Shown here: positions 1 to 9,380 of the stretch, in pieces | How the letters are laid out: every line of letters starts with the position of its first letter | Position numbering within the stretch: the stretch's first letter is position 1 | Assembly: GCA_024225395.1 (NCBI GenBank) | Contig: JAAEMR010000020.1 | Span: 327 to 64,326, forward strand | Length of the DNA stretch: 64,000 nt | From: Gammaproteobacteria bacterium | GTDB lineage: Bacteria > Pseudomonadota > Gammaproteobacteria > GCA-001735895 | Reading direction: 5' to 3' | Notes under the pieces: model-generated | Seen by the model: the letters and a program-made list of their open reading frames with translations, nothing else | Databases searched by the model: none | Told to the model about the DNA's origin: nothing | Position numbers and translations under genes: made by a program

Positions 1-218
1 TCATCTGAATCGAGATTATTCCCTATGCAGTCCCCGTCAGTATCTGCAGATTCGCTTGAGTTATTAGGGAATTGATCAACAGAGTCGCTAAAACCATCAC
101 TATCTATATCACTGAACTCACTGGCAGGGTAGGGAAAACGGTCATTGTCATTAGGTATCACATCCTTATCATGATCGGTATCCACATCATTTTGAATGCC
201 ATCATCATCCGAATAACA
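1..218 (-). CDS. Open-ended ORF encoding Asp-rich DxDxD(G) calcium-binding repeats of thrombospondin type-3 kind. No canonical start codon lies between the upstream in-frame stop (inside soxZ) and a GTG at 185.
   Basis: Manual minus-strand translation gives FCDGQGEIACYSDDDGIQNDVDTDHDKDVIPNDNDRFPYPASEFSDIDSDGFSDSVDQFPNNSSESADTDGDCIGNNLDSD, stop-free to base 1. It is absent from the ORF track because it runs off the window. Confidence 0.35.
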
Positions 219-220
219 GG

Positions 221-532
221 CTATTTCACCTTGCCCATCACAGAATCAGACTTTCCTTTATTATCCGCCCAGAACAAAGTAATAGACCCACCTTTTCCAC
301 CGCTATACTTAAACGACAGATATGGATTTTTCGAAATTGCACCTCCCCACACCGCATCCAGTACGGTTTTATCATCGGCTTTAGCCGTTACCTGTTGAAT
401 ATGATGCGCAGCAATCAACTTGCCAGTCTTTTTGTCTTTTCGCAGACCGGTTTCCATTGGGTGGTTCATCAATGCTTTCACAGTGACGATACCTTTCTTC
501 GATTTTGCTCTTAATTTAATTGATTTAGCCAT
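221..532 (-). CDS. soxZ: SoxZ, sulfur-compound-binding partner of SoxY
   Basis: 103 aa. Motifs: IKLRAK...VKALMNHPMETGLRKDKKTGKLIAAHHIQ...ISKNPYLSFKY. AGAGGA Shine-Dalgarno upstream. Lies downstream of soxY. Confidence 0.9.
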   Translation of the reverse strand: MAKSIKLRAKSKKGIVTVKALMNHPMETGLRKDKKTGKLIAAHHIQQVTAKADDKTVLDAVWGGAISKNPYLSFKYSGGKGGSITLFWADNKGKSDSVMGKVK

Positions 533-563
533 TTACTATATCCTCTGTACAAAGTTATAAGTT

Positions 564-707
564 CCGTAGCTGTTCAGCGCGTTTAGATTTTGGTTTAGAG
601 CAAGGCATTTTCGCACGGAGAATGTGAGCATATGACTATATGTGATCATTCGAGTACGAAAATAACGCCGCTATAAACCAAAAGATGAATGCGCTGAGCG
701 GTTACGG
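564..707. repeat. Long imperfect inverted repeat (arms about 60-70 nt) filling almost the whole soxY-soxZ spacer
   Basis: Left arm ccgtagctgttcagcgcgtttagattttggtttagagc... aligns with the reverse complement of the right arm, ccgtaaccgctcagcgcattcatcttttggtttatagc.... Inner gaatg...cattc pairing surrounds a short centre. Many mismatches are transitions. Confidence 0.7.
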
Positions 708-708
708 G

Positions 709-1170
709 TTAGCCTCCACACCCACCGATGGTCACCTTCACTTCTTTTTTATTCGCAAACAGCTTGCCGGCTGATTTCACCACCGCGACAACATTGCCTG
801 TTTTGCCCATTTTAATTCGGGTTGAAACATAAGCCTGGGAACCATCCAGTTTAAAAGAAGCCACCAGCGGGGAAGCATTTGATTCAGACAATAAGGTGAT
901 CGATTCAACATCCGCTAAAGCAGTTGAAATAGTGACAGGCACTACTGAACCATTTTCAGCAATATCAGGGGCTTTAATTTTGATACCATCCGAATGTTCA
1001 TAGCTACCTGAACCCAATGCTGACGATAAAGCAGTTGCGCTATCTTTAGCTTCAAATGCGGCTTTTGGGTAGGCAGCCAGTACCTGTACCGGGGTCATCA
1101 AACCTGCTGATACAGCAACGGCAACAGCAGAAGCCGCCAATGACGATTTTAATAGCGTTCTTCGATTCAC
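709..1170 (-). CDS. soxY: SoxY sulfur carrier protein
   Basis: Twin-arginine leader NRRTLLKSSLAASAVAVA and C-terminal carrier motif GGCGG. Start placed at GTG 1170, which is preceded by GGAGG at 1176-1180. The track start at 1203 is also possible. Confidence 0.9.
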   Translation of the reverse strand: MNRRTLLKSSLAASAVAVAVSAGLMTPVQVLAAYPKAAFEAKDSATALSSALGSGSYEHSDGIKIKAPDIAENGSVVPVTISTALADVESITLLSESNASPLVASFKLDGSQAYVSTRIKMGKTGNVVAVVKSAGKLFANKKEVKVTIGGCGG

Positions 1171-1367
1171 AGTAACCTCCTGATATTTATTGAGTGAAAT
1201 CATTATAGAGTTGTAAACTGAATGACATATGAATACTCCGGTCTGTGTATAAACCGGTTAATTTTCGACTTGTTAAAATTTGGCATGACAAACATAATAT
1301 TAACTACTTTTTTATGAGCAGGTTTTAAACCTTGAGTTTCAGACATTTTAAAAAAAACACCTTAGTG

Positions 1368-1469
1368 ATGTTTTTTATTGTACTGGCTGCCATGCTGGTA
1401 ATCTCCGGTTGCGGCAATAAAGGACCATTAACACTGCCCGTAGATAAAACCAGTCAGCCAGAAAATTAA
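1368..1469 (+). CDS. lptM: Small lipoprotein, LptM/YifL-like (33 aa), not in the ORF track
   Basis: Manual translation MFFIVLAAMLVISGCGNKGPLTLPVDKTSQPEN. Lipobox ISGC followed by the GxKGPLxLP signature. Sits in the conserved position just upstream of lysA-dapF. Confidence 0.6.
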   Translation: MFFIVLAAMLVISGCGNKGPLTLPVDKTSQPEN

Positions 1470-1487
1470 CAGTATTGAGACAGAACA

Positions 1488-2738
1488 TTGGATTATTTTG
1501 AATATCAAAACGGTCAGCTCTTTTGTGAGCAGGTCGCCCTTGAAACCTTAGCCACAGAATACGGTACGCCCTTATACGTGTACTCACGAGCCACTCTGGA
1601 AAGGCACTGGAAAGCATTTGATTCAGCATTATCAGATCATGCTCATTTAGTCTGTTATGCCGTAAAGGCCAACTCTAACCTGGCGGTACTCAATATACTC
1701 GCACGTCTTGGTAGTGGTTTTGATACCGTATCCAGCGGTGAAATATTACGTGTTCTCAAGGCCGGAGGAGATCCCGACAAAATCGTTTTTTCTGGCGTCG
1801 GCAAACAGCCGGAAGAAATGCAACTGGCGTTAGATACTGGCATTCGCTGCTTTAATGTGGAATCTGAACGGGAGCTCGAAATTCTGAATAATGTCGCGGG
1901 TGACATGAATAAAGTCGCCACCATTTCTTTCAGGGTCAACCCGGATGTCGACGCAAAAACGCATCCCTATATATCCACCGGCTTGAAAGAAAATAAGTTT
2001 GGCATTAATTTTGAAGATGCCGAACGTATTTACCTTAAAGCCAGCAAAATGGAAAATATTAAAATCATTGGCATCGATTGTCATATTGGTTCGCAACTGA
2101 CCGAATTATCCCCATTCGAGGATGCTCTTGATCGCCTGCTAGCTTTAGTCGCCCAGTTAGCCGCAAAGGGAATCATCATTACGCATCTTGATCTTGGTGG
2201 CGGACTGGGTGTTCGCTATAACGATGAATCCCCGCCTTTGCCTGCCGAATGGGCAACTGCGCTGAAAGATCGTTTAACTAACTTTGCTGGTGAAATCATT
2301 GTCGAACCGGGACGAGCCATCGCTGCAAATGCAGGCATATTACTCACCCGGGTGAATATCGAGAAAAAGACCGAACATAAAAACTTCGCCATCGTCGATG
2401 CCGCAATGAACGACCTGATGCGCCCGGCTTTATACCAGGCATGGCAAAATATCATCCCGGTTAAGCAACATTCTGATACTGAAGTCGATGTTTATGACAT
2501 TGTCGGCCCCATTTGTGAAACAGGTGATTTTTTGGGAAAAGACAGAGAATTATCGATCAATTCCGGTGACTTACTGGCGATCCGAACATCCGGAGCCTAT
2601 GGCTTTACCATGAGTTCAAACTATAATTCACGAACTCGTGCCGCCGAAGTGATAGTCGATGGAAGCAATCACCATGTGGTCAGACAACGTGAAACCTTCG
2701 AAGATCTGATCCGCGGCGAAAGCCTGCTAGCGGAATAA
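1488..2738 (+). CDS. lysA: Diaminopimelate decarboxylase
   Basis: 416 aa. Motifs GTPLYVYS, YAVKANSN and EPGRAIAANAG, with a C-terminal SGAYGFTMSSNYNSR. TTG start. Confidence 0.95.
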   Translation: MDYFEYQNGQLFCEQVALETLATEYGTPLYVYSRATLERHWKAFDSALSDHAHLVCYAVKANSNLAVLNILARLGSGFDTVSSGEILRVLKAGGDPDKIVFSGVGKQPEEMQLALDTGIRCFNVESERELEILNNVAGDMNKVATISFRVNPDVDAKTHPYISTGLKENKFGINFEDAERIYLKASKMENIKIIGIDCHIGSQLTELSPFEDALDRLLALVAQLAAKGIIITHLDLGGGLGVRYNDESPPLPAEWATALKDRLTNFAGEIIVEPGRAIAANAGILLTRVNIEKKTEHKNFAIVDAAMNDLMRPALYQAWQNIIPVKQHSDTEVDVYDIVGPICETGDFLGKDRELSINSGDLLAIRTSGAYGFTMSSNYNSRTRAAEVIVDGSNHHVVRQRETFEDLIRGESLLAE

Positions 2739-2740
2739 CG

Positions 2741-3571
2741 ATGAATCTAAAGTTCAGCAAAATGCATGGCCTTGGCAATGACTTTATGGTCATTGATGGC
2801 ATCAATCAGTCTGTTTCACTCAGCAGTCAGCAGGTTTCACAGTGGGCAGACAGGCATTTTGGCATCGGCTTTGATCAACTGTTACTGGTTGAAAAAGCCC
2901 AAACCGAGAATGCACTATTTAAGTATCGAATTTTTAATTCCGATGGTAGCGAAGTCGCACAATGCGGAAATGGAGCACGTTGCTTCGCCCGCTTTGTCAC
3001 TGAAAAAGGGCTCACCGATCAAACCATCATTCCGGTAGAAACTCACAGTGGTCTGTTACAACTCAACATGATTGATGATGTAAATGTTGAAGTAAACATG
3101 GGCATCCCTAATTTTGAACCGGTCAATATTCCACTCGACACGGATAACAGACTGGACAGTTATCAACTGGATATAGATGGTCATGTTATCGAATTCAGTG
3201 CACTGTCCATCGGAAATCCACATGCAGTGATCATTGTCGAAAACGTAGATTCAGCTGCGGTTGAAAGCATTGGATCCATACTTGAGCCTCACCCGTTTTT
3301 CCCGCAAAAAGTTAACGTGGGTTTCATGCAGATTATTAATCGCAATGAATTTAAGCTTCGCGTGTTTGAGCGAGGAGCTGGTGAAACCCAGGCCTGTGGA
3401 AGTGGCGCCTGTGCTGCCATGGCTGCAGCAGTAAAGCTCGACCTTTTAGACACAGACGCAACCGCTCATTTAACGGGCGGAAAATTACAACTAAACTGGC
3501 AAGGCGAAGGTCAGCCGGTTATGATGACCGGCAGCACCGCTCAGGTGTACGAAGGAGAAATTAAAATATGA
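2741..3571 (+). CDS. dapF: Diaminopimelate epimerase
   Basis: 276 aa. MHGLGNDFMVIDG, with catalytic Cys motifs QCGNGARC and ACGSGACA. Confidence 0.95.
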   Translation: MNLKFSKMHGLGNDFMVIDGINQSVSLSSQQVSQWADRHFGIGFDQLLLVEKAQTENALFKYRIFNSDGSEVAQCGNGARCFARFVTEKGLTDQTIIPVETHSGLLQLNMIDDVNVEVNMGIPNFEPVNIPLDTDNRLDSYQLDIDGHVIEFSALSIGNPHAVIIVENVDSAAVESIGSILEPHPFFPQKVNVGFMQIINRNEFKLRVFERGAGETQACGSGACAAMAAAVKLDLLDTDATAHLTGGKLQLNWQGEGQPVMMTGSTAQVYEGEIKI

Positions 3572-4269
3572 CAAAAGCAACAACTGCAGAAAAAATTCAA
3601 CCTGAATCGATAAATGAGTCGAAGGTGATGGATTATTTAAAAAACAATCCTGAAACACTGGAACGCCATCCTGAAATATTAAGCCAGTTGACCTTTCCTC
3701 ACGAAAGTGGAGCAGCCGTTTCACTGGTTGAGCGCCAGATTAAAATATTAAGAGATGACAATAGAAACCTGAAAAACAAATTAACCGAACTGGTGCAAAT
3801 TGCCAGGGAAAATGAAGAACTCAGCCAGCGTTTTCATCGCCTGTCCCTGGAACTAATGGCTGGTGAGCATTTACACGATATCATCGCAATGACGCAGGAT
3901 CAGGTAGAAACTTTTTTCTATACCGATTATGTCGGTTTCTTCTTCCATGATGAGCTGAGCAACCAGCTTGGCGGACTGGAAAATATTACTCTGGATCCCG
4001 ACAGTAAACACGCAAGAAAAGTCCGCAAATGGATGCACAATAGAAAACCAGTTTTTGGGCCATTTGACCAGGGCATTCGTAAACTGCTTCTTGACGATCA
4101 GAAACAACTGGCTTCATCTGTGTTAATTCCAATCTATCATACCAATGATATTGGACTGCTAATTTTAGGCAGTAAAAGTAAAGACCGCTTCGTCGAAGGT
4201 ATGGGCACCGTGTTTTTGGCTCAGTTGGCTGAACTGGTCAGCAGTAAATTAAAAATCTATATAAAGTAA
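3568..4269 (+). CDS. DUF484 family protein (YigA-like)
   Basis: 233 aa. Overlaps the dapF stop. Conserved dapF-DUF484-xerC context. Coiled-coil N-terminus plus GAF-like C-terminus pattern. Confidence 0.75.
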   Translation: MTKATTAEKIQPESINESKVMDYLKNNPETLERHPEILSQLTFPHESGAAVSLVERQIKILRDDNRNLKNKLTELVQIARENEELSQRFHRLSLELMAGEHLHDIIAMTQDQVETFFYTDYVGFFFHDELSNQLGGLENITLDPDSKHARKVRKWMHNRKPVFGPFDQGIRKLLLDDQKQLASSVLIPIYHTNDIGLLILGSKSKDRFVEGMGTVFLAQLAELVSSKLKIYIK

Positions 4270-4277
4270 TTATCCTG

Positions 4278-5186
4278 ATGCAACAACAAAAGCATTTGTT
4301 ATCTTTCTTACAAATGCTCAAGTCAGAGAAATTTTACTCACCTCACACCTGTAAAAATTACTCACGCGACTTAAACCTGTTTGCTGAATTTCTTGATACT
4401 AAAGAAGTTCAGCACTGGCAGGATGTGGATTACCGAACCGTATCAGCCTTTGCCGCACAGCGTTTCCGACAGGGTAAAAAGGGCAACACCATCCAGCGCG
4501 AACTATCATCCATCCGCAGCTTTTATAAGTACCTGATACGTCAACAGGTGGTAAACAGCAATCCGGCCTTAGAGGTCAAAGCACCGAAAACGGCTAAAAA
4601 ATTACCCCGTACCTGCGATACCGAGCAAATCGATCAATTGTTCAAAGCGCATACTCATGATGATAATTTGACCATCCGTGACCTTGCCATGTTCGAGCTC
4701 ATGTATTCATCAGGACTGCGCCTGGCGGAACTCGCTTCACTCGACTTACACAGTATTGATATTAAGCAAAAACAAATGGTGGTGACCGGAAAAGGCAACA
4801 AAACCCGCTACCTGCCCGTTGGCCAGAAAGCCATTGAAGCGCTACAGAAATGGCTAAAGGTTCGACCTACTTATATAAAAAAAATAGATCAACCCGCTCT
4901 CTTTACCAGCAAACAGGGTAAACGAATATCACATCGTTCCATTCAAAGCCGCCTGGACAAATTAATTAAATCACAGTCCCTGGGGCAGCATGTTTCGCCT
5001 CACATGCTGCGACATTCTTTTGCCACCCACTTACTCGAGTCCAGTTCTGATTTACGCGCAGTACAGGAGTTACTGGGGCATGCAGATATCAGCACCACCC
5101 AGATTTATACACACCTCGACTTCCAGCACCTGGCACAGGTTTATGACAAGGCGCATCCACGTGCCCGCAAAAAAAATTCGGAGTAG
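4278..5186 (+). CDS. xerC: Tyrosine site-specific recombinase XerC
   Basis: 302 aa. SGLRLAEL, HMLRHSFATHLL and LGHADISTTQIYTH with the catalytic Tyr. Conserved chromosomal context. Confidence 0.9.
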   Translation: MQQQKHLLSFLQMLKSEKFYSPHTCKNYSRDLNLFAEFLDTKEVQHWQDVDYRTVSAFAAQRFRQGKKGNTIQRELSSIRSFYKYLIRQQVVNSNPALEVKAPKTAKKLPRTCDTEQIDQLFKAHTHDDNLTIRDLAMFELMYSSGLRLAELASLDLHSIDIKQKQMVVTGKGNKTRYLPVGQKAIEALQKWLKVRPTYIKKIDQPALFTSKQGKRISHRSIQSRLDKLIKSQSLGQHVSPHMLRHSFATHLLESSSDLRAVQELLGHADISTTQIYTHLDFQHLAQVYDKAHPRARKKNSE

Positions 5187-5573
5187 CGAGTCATTGATCT
5201 CCATTTTAAGTGTGCGCTGGAAATAGATCCCGATAATTTTATGCCAACCTGATGTGGGCAGCATGGATACCAAACCGTTATAACCCCGTTCACTATGATA
5301 ACCAAAAATGGATAAGCCCTCATAACGGGAATAAGTGAGTGAAACAGGTCCAGGACCGGCTATCTTTGAAGCAGGAATGACTTTGTTACGGTTTGATCGT
5401 GCTGCAAACCAGTTTCAAATAATGTTTTCAGTTGTACCAAAGTATCAGCAGCGGGAGGAACCGCATACATTTCAGCGGTATCGAAAAAAATAACATCATT
5501 TTTCAAATGTGATAACCCTCTTTTAGACACAAATACCTGCACTTCAAACAAAAAAAGCATTGCGACCCTTTCT

Positions 5574-5602
5574 CTTGAATTTCATCTCTATAACCCCCAT
5601 AT
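5574..5602 (+). promoter_or_regulatory. Sigma-32 (RpoH) type heat-shock promoter for hslVU
   Basis: tctCTTGAAt (-35, 5574-5579), then 15 bp, then CCCCATAT (-10, 5595-5602). This matches the CTTGAA / CCCCATnT consensus directly upstream of hslV. Confidence 0.6.
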
Positions 5603-5657
5603 CCCTTTTTTCATGTACTATTGCACACCTGTTTCAGGTGTAGTCAGAGGAATTATT

Positions 5658-6197
5658 TTGGATCAATTCAGAGGCACAACTATTCTTTCAATTCGTCGAG
5701 GCAACTCGGTGGTGATCGGCGGTGACGGCCAGGTCACCATGGGCAACACCGTGATGAAAGGTAACGCTCGTAAAGTGCGCCGTTTACATAAAGGTAGCGT
5801 AATTGCCGGGTTCGCCGGTGGCACAGCCGATGCTTTTACACTGTTTGAATTATTCGAAGGCAAACTGGATAAACACAACGGTCAACTGGTGCGCTCTGCC
5901 GTTGAACTGGCTAAAGACTGGCGTCAGGATCGTGTTTTACGCAAGCTCGAAGCGCTACTTTGTGTTGCCGATAAAGATGCATCACTGATCATTTCCGGCA
6001 ATGGCGATGTTATTGAACCTGAAGATGACCTGATGGCTATTGGTTCCGGTGGTCCTTTTGCACAATCTGCCGCTCGCGCAATGCTTGACACGACCGAGCT
6101 TCCGGCTCGTGATATTGTCGAAAAAGGTCTGGCCATAGCAGCCGACATCTGCATTTACACCAATCATAATCGCACCATCGAACAACTGGACTTTTAA
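5658..6197 (+). CDS. hslV: ATP-dependent protease subunit HslV; start revised to TTG 5658
   Basis: The catalytic TT of TTILSIRRG must lie close to the N-terminus. The MDQFRGTT form matches the MEQFxGTT pro-peptide type. AGAGGA lies 7 nt upstream. The track ATG at 5613 falls at about the predicted transcription start. Confidence 0.9.
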   Translation: MDQFRGTTILSIRRGNSVVIGGDGQVTMGNTVMKGNARKVRRLHKGSVIAGFAGGTADAFTLFELFEGKLDKHNGQLVRSAVELAKDWRQDRVLRKLEALLCVADKDASLIISGNGDVIEPEDDLMAIGSGGPFAQSAARAMLDTTELPARDIVEKGLAIAADICIYTNHNRTIEQLDF

Positions 6198-6207
6198 GAG
6201 CACTAAC

Positions 6208-7557
6208 GTGGACAACCAAATAAGCAATCAATCTCCCATGACCCCTCGTGAAATTACGCAGGAACTGGATAAACATATTATCGGGCAGGACCAGGCCAAA
6301 CGCGCCGTCGCCATAGCCCTGCGTAATCGCTGGCGCCGCATGAATGTGAGCAATGAATTACGCAATGAAATCACGCCTAAAAACATTTTGATGATCGGGC
6401 CAACCGGCGTCGGTAAAACCGAAATTGCAAGACGTCTGGCACGCCTTGCGAATGCCCCGTTCATTAAAGTTGAAGCCACAAAATTTACCGAAGTCGGTTA
6501 TGTCGGAAGAGATGTCGAATCGATCATTCGAGATCTCGCCGATTGTTCAGTAAAAATGACTCGTGAAACAGCAATGAACCGGGTTAAACATCGCGCCGAA
6601 GATGCCGCTGAAGAGCGTATTCTGGATGTATTGCTACCCAGGCCAAAAGATTTCGATCAGCAAGCCAGTGATACGAGCGGTGACAATACCCGGCAAAAAT
6701 TTCGCAAAATGTTACGCGAAGGTAAGCTGGACGATAAAGAAATTGAAGTCGATTTGCAGGCTGCCAGCGTCGGCATAGAAATCATGGCGCCTCCCGGTAT
6801 GGAAGAAATGACCAACCAGCTGCAGGGAATGTTCCAGAACATGGGCAACAGCAAAACAACAACGCGTAAATTAACGGTAAAAGATGCTCTTAAGTATCTA
6901 ACCGACGAAGAAGCCTCTAAACTGGTCAACGAAGAAGAGATTAAAATCTCTGCGCTGGAAAATGCTGAGCAAAATGGCATCGTGTTTATCGATGAAATTG
7001 ATAAGGTCGCAAAACGTCAGGAAACTAGCGGTACCGATGTCTCTCGTGAAGGCGTACAACGCGATTTATTACCCTTAGTTGAAGGCTGCACGGTCTCCAC
7101 CAAAGCCGGCATGATTAAAACAGATCATATTCTGTTCATCTCATCAGGTGCCTTTCACCTTTCAAAACCTAGTGATTTAATTCCTGAACTACAGGGTAGA
7201 CTACCCATTCGTGTTGAATTATCAGCCCTTTCTGTAGATGACTTCGTGCGTATTTTACGCGAACCCGATGCATCACTGACCGAGCAATACAGTGCATTGA
7301 TGGCAACCGAAGAAGTCACTCTCGAATACACCGATGAAGGGCTACAACGACTTGCCGAAGTTGCTTTTGAAGTGAATGAAAAGCAGGAGAATATCGGTGC
7401 AAGACGCCTCTACACCGTGATGGAAAGATTACTTGAAACGGTCAGTTTTGAAGCGTCTGATATGGCAGGACAAACCATCACCATCACCGCCGATTACGTC
7501 AACGAACACCTGGGAGAACTGTCTAAAGACGAAGATCTCAGTCAATATATTCTTTAA
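6208..7557 (+). CDS. hslU: ATP-dependent protease ATPase subunit HslU
   Basis: [34 protein letters not shown] and Walker [16 protein letters not shown]. The start may instead be ATG 6238. Confidence 0.95.
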   Translation: MDNQISNQSPMTPREITQELDKHIIGQDQAKRAVAIALRNRWRRMNVSNELRNEITPKNILMIGPTGVGKTEIARRLARLANAPFIKVEATKFTEVGYVGRDVESIIRDLADCSVKMTRETAMNRVKHRAEDAAEERILDVLLPRPKDFDQQASDTSGDNTRQKFRKMLREGKLDDKEIEVDLQAASVGIEIMAPPGMEEMTNQLQGMFQNMGNSKTTTRKLTVKDALKYLTDEEASKLVNEEEIKISALENAEQNGIVFIDEIDKVAKRQETSGTDVSREGVQRDLLPLVEGCTVSTKAGMIKTDHILFISSGAFHLSKPSDLIPELQGRLPIRVELSALSVDDFVRILREPDASLTEQYSALMATEEVTLEYTDEGLQRLAEVAFEVNEKQENIGARRLYTVMERLLETVSFEASDMAGQTITITADYVNEHLGELSKDEDLSQYIL

Positions 7558-7569
7558 GCAGGCCTATTT

Positions 7570-7956
7570 ATGAGTGCTACCAAACCCACTGAAATCAATT
7601 TCCACAAAGTGTCCCAAATGCTAGAGATTGCATTTAACGACGGCTCCCGTTTTTCACTGCCCGCAGAATATCTACGCGTTTACTCCCCGTCGGCCGAGGT
7701 TCAGGGGCACGGTCCCGGGCAGGAAGTGCTACAGGTCGGTAAAGAAGATGTCAAAATTACCCAGCTCGAACCTGTGGGTCACTATGCGGTGAGTTTAATC
7801 TTTGATGATAACCATGACTCCGGCATCTATAGCTGGGATTACCTGTATCAGCTGGGCGCACATCACGACAAGAAATGGGAAACTTACCTGGAACGTTTAC
7901 AGGCGTCTGGTTATACGCGTAAAACAGACAAGCTCAATATCAATAATACAATTTAA
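7570..7956 (+). CDS. DUF971 family protein (gamma-butyrobetaine hydroxylase-like N-terminal domain)
   Basis: 128 aa. LRVYSPSAEVQGHGPGQ...VGHYAVSLIFDDNHDSGIYSWDYLYQLG. Common neighbour of hslVU and ubiE. Confidence 0.7.
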   Translation: MSATKPTEINFHKVSQMLEIAFNDGSRFSLPAEYLRVYSPSAEVQGHGPGQEVLQVGKEDVKITQLEPVGHYAVSLIFDDNHDSGIYSWDYLYQLGAHHDKKWETYLERLQASGYTRKTDKLNINNTI

Positions 7957-7986
7957 CTGTATTGATAATCTGCACAACAGAAGCGG

Positions 7987-8013
7987 CCGGTTACAAAAGG
8001 TAATCGGTTTTTT
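7987..8013 (+). terminator. Rho-independent terminator after the DUF971 gene
   Basis: CCGGTTAC-aaaag-GTAATCGG stem (one G.U pair) followed by TTTTTT. Confidence 0.55.
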
Positions 8014-8126
8014 AAAATTCTCCCTTGCAATGACAGTAAAGTTTAAATCAATACCAATAGCCTCGAATGCTGACCTGAAGGCCCGATTCTGGTAAGGTTC
8101 GCCGTAGAAACCTACGAGTAACTTTT

Positions 8127-8879
8127 ATGAACGATCAATCCACCACTCATTTCGGTTTTACCCAGGTAAATACTGAAGAAAAAGCAGGTAAAGTCGCCGA
8201 AGTCTTTGACTCTGTGGCCAGTAAGTATGACATCATGAATGACGTCATGTCATTTGGCGTGCATCACCTGTGGAAAAAATTTACGCTGGAACTGTGTGGT
8301 TTACGTGAAGGCCACAAGGTACTTGACCTTGCTGGCGGTACCGGCGACCTGGCGTTGAAACAGGCCAGGATGGTGGGAGAATCAGGTCATGTCACTCTGG
8401 CAGATATTAATGGTCCGATGTTACGCGAAGGTCGTGACCGGGTTCTCAACAAAGGACTGGTTAATCGCATTTCTACCAGTCAGTGTAATGCTGAAATCCT
8501 ACCCTTTGAAGACAACAGCTTCGACTGTATTACCATTGCATTTGGTTTACGTAATGTGACCGACAAAGCCAGGGCGTTACGTTCTATGCGTCGCGTATTG
8601 AAACCGGGCGGACGTTTATGCGTGCTGGAATTCTCCAAACCATTGTATGAGCCACTGGAAAAAGTCTATGATTTTTATTCCTTCAATATTCTTCCCAAAA
8701 TGGGCGAGATCATTGCCGGGGATCGTGACAGTTATCAGTACCTGGCAGAATCCATTCGCATGCACCCCGATCAACAGGCGCTTAAAAACATGATGACTGA
8801 AGAAGCCGGTTTCGATGAAGTCGAAATATTCAACATGACCGGTGGCATCGTAGCTCTGCATCGAGCGTTTAAATACTAA
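8127..8879 (+). CDS. ubiE: Ubiquinone/menaquinone C-methyltransferase UbiE
   Basis: [21 protein letters not shown] and DLAGGTGD. Heads the ubiE-ubiJ-ubiB operon. Confidence 0.95.
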   Translation: MNDQSTTHFGFTQVNTEEKAGKVAEVFDSVASKYDIMNDVMSFGVHHLWKKFTLELCGLREGHKVLDLAGGTGDLALKQARMVGESGHVTLADINGPMLREGRDRVLNKGLVNRISTSQCNAEILPFEDNSFDCITIAFGLRNVTDKARALRSMRRVLKPGGRLCVLEFSKPLYEPLEKVYDFYSFNILPKMGEIIAGDRDSYQYLAESIRMHPDQQALKNMMTEEAGFDEVEIFNMTGGIVALHRAFKY

Positions 8880-8888
8880 TTCATTGAA

Positions 8889-9371
8889 GTGAGCAACTTT
8901 ACTCATTACCAGTTTCACTATGCCAGTTTCGGGCGTCGTCTATTCGCTTTTCTGCTGGATACACTGATGATCGGTTTGATCACCACCAGTCTGACCATAG
9001 CGCTGTTTGGTTATGACTCTGTCATGCAAATGCAATCCATCACTGCCGATTATTCAATTGAGTGGAATATTTTTATAGTTGATCGGGCGCTACCAGCCAT
9101 CTGGACAATTGCTTTCTGGCTTGCCTGGAAAGCCACTCCCGGTAAACTCTTACTCGATTGTCAAATTGTAGATGCCGACACTTTACAAACAGCCAGCACC
9201 GGCCGGCTTATACTGCGCTATCTCTGTTACTTTATTTCTGCCCTGCCAATAGGCCTTGGTTTTTTGTGGATTGTTTTCAACAGGCGCAATCAGGGATGGC
9301 ACGATAAACTCGCTAATACGGTCGTTATTATGCAGGATGATTCTTTGCTAAAACTTGAGTCATATTCATGA
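8889..9371 (+). CDS. RDD family membrane protein
   Basis: 160 aa. YASFGRRLFAFLLDTLMIG, three hydrophobic spans, WHDKLANTVV near the C-terminus. GTG start. Confidence 0.7.
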   Translation: MSNFTHYQFHYASFGRRLFAFLLDTLMIGLITTSLTIALFGYDSVMQMQSITADYSIEWNIFIVDRALPAIWTIAFWLAWKATPGKLLLDCQIVDADTLQTASTGRLILRYLCYFISALPIGLGFLWIVFNRRNQGWHDKLANTVVIMQDDSLLKLESYS

Positions 9372-9380
9372 GGTGCTTAG

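Noticed and set aside
72-398. 108-aa plus-strand ORF overlapping soxZ
   Set aside because: It is antisense to a well-supported soxZ and to the Asp-rich minus-strand frame. Its composition is low-complexity Ile-rich and it has no recognisable motif.
1375-1629. 84-aa minus-strand ORF spanning the lptM-lysA junction
   Set aside because: It is antisense to both the lipoprotein gene and the lysA 5' end, and has no motif support.
4278-5186. Tyrosine recombinase as marker of an integrative mobile element
   Set aside because: It sits in the conserved lptM-lysA-dapF-DUF484-xerC chromosomal context, so it is the housekeeping dimer-resolution recombinase. No att-like repeats or phage genes are nearby.
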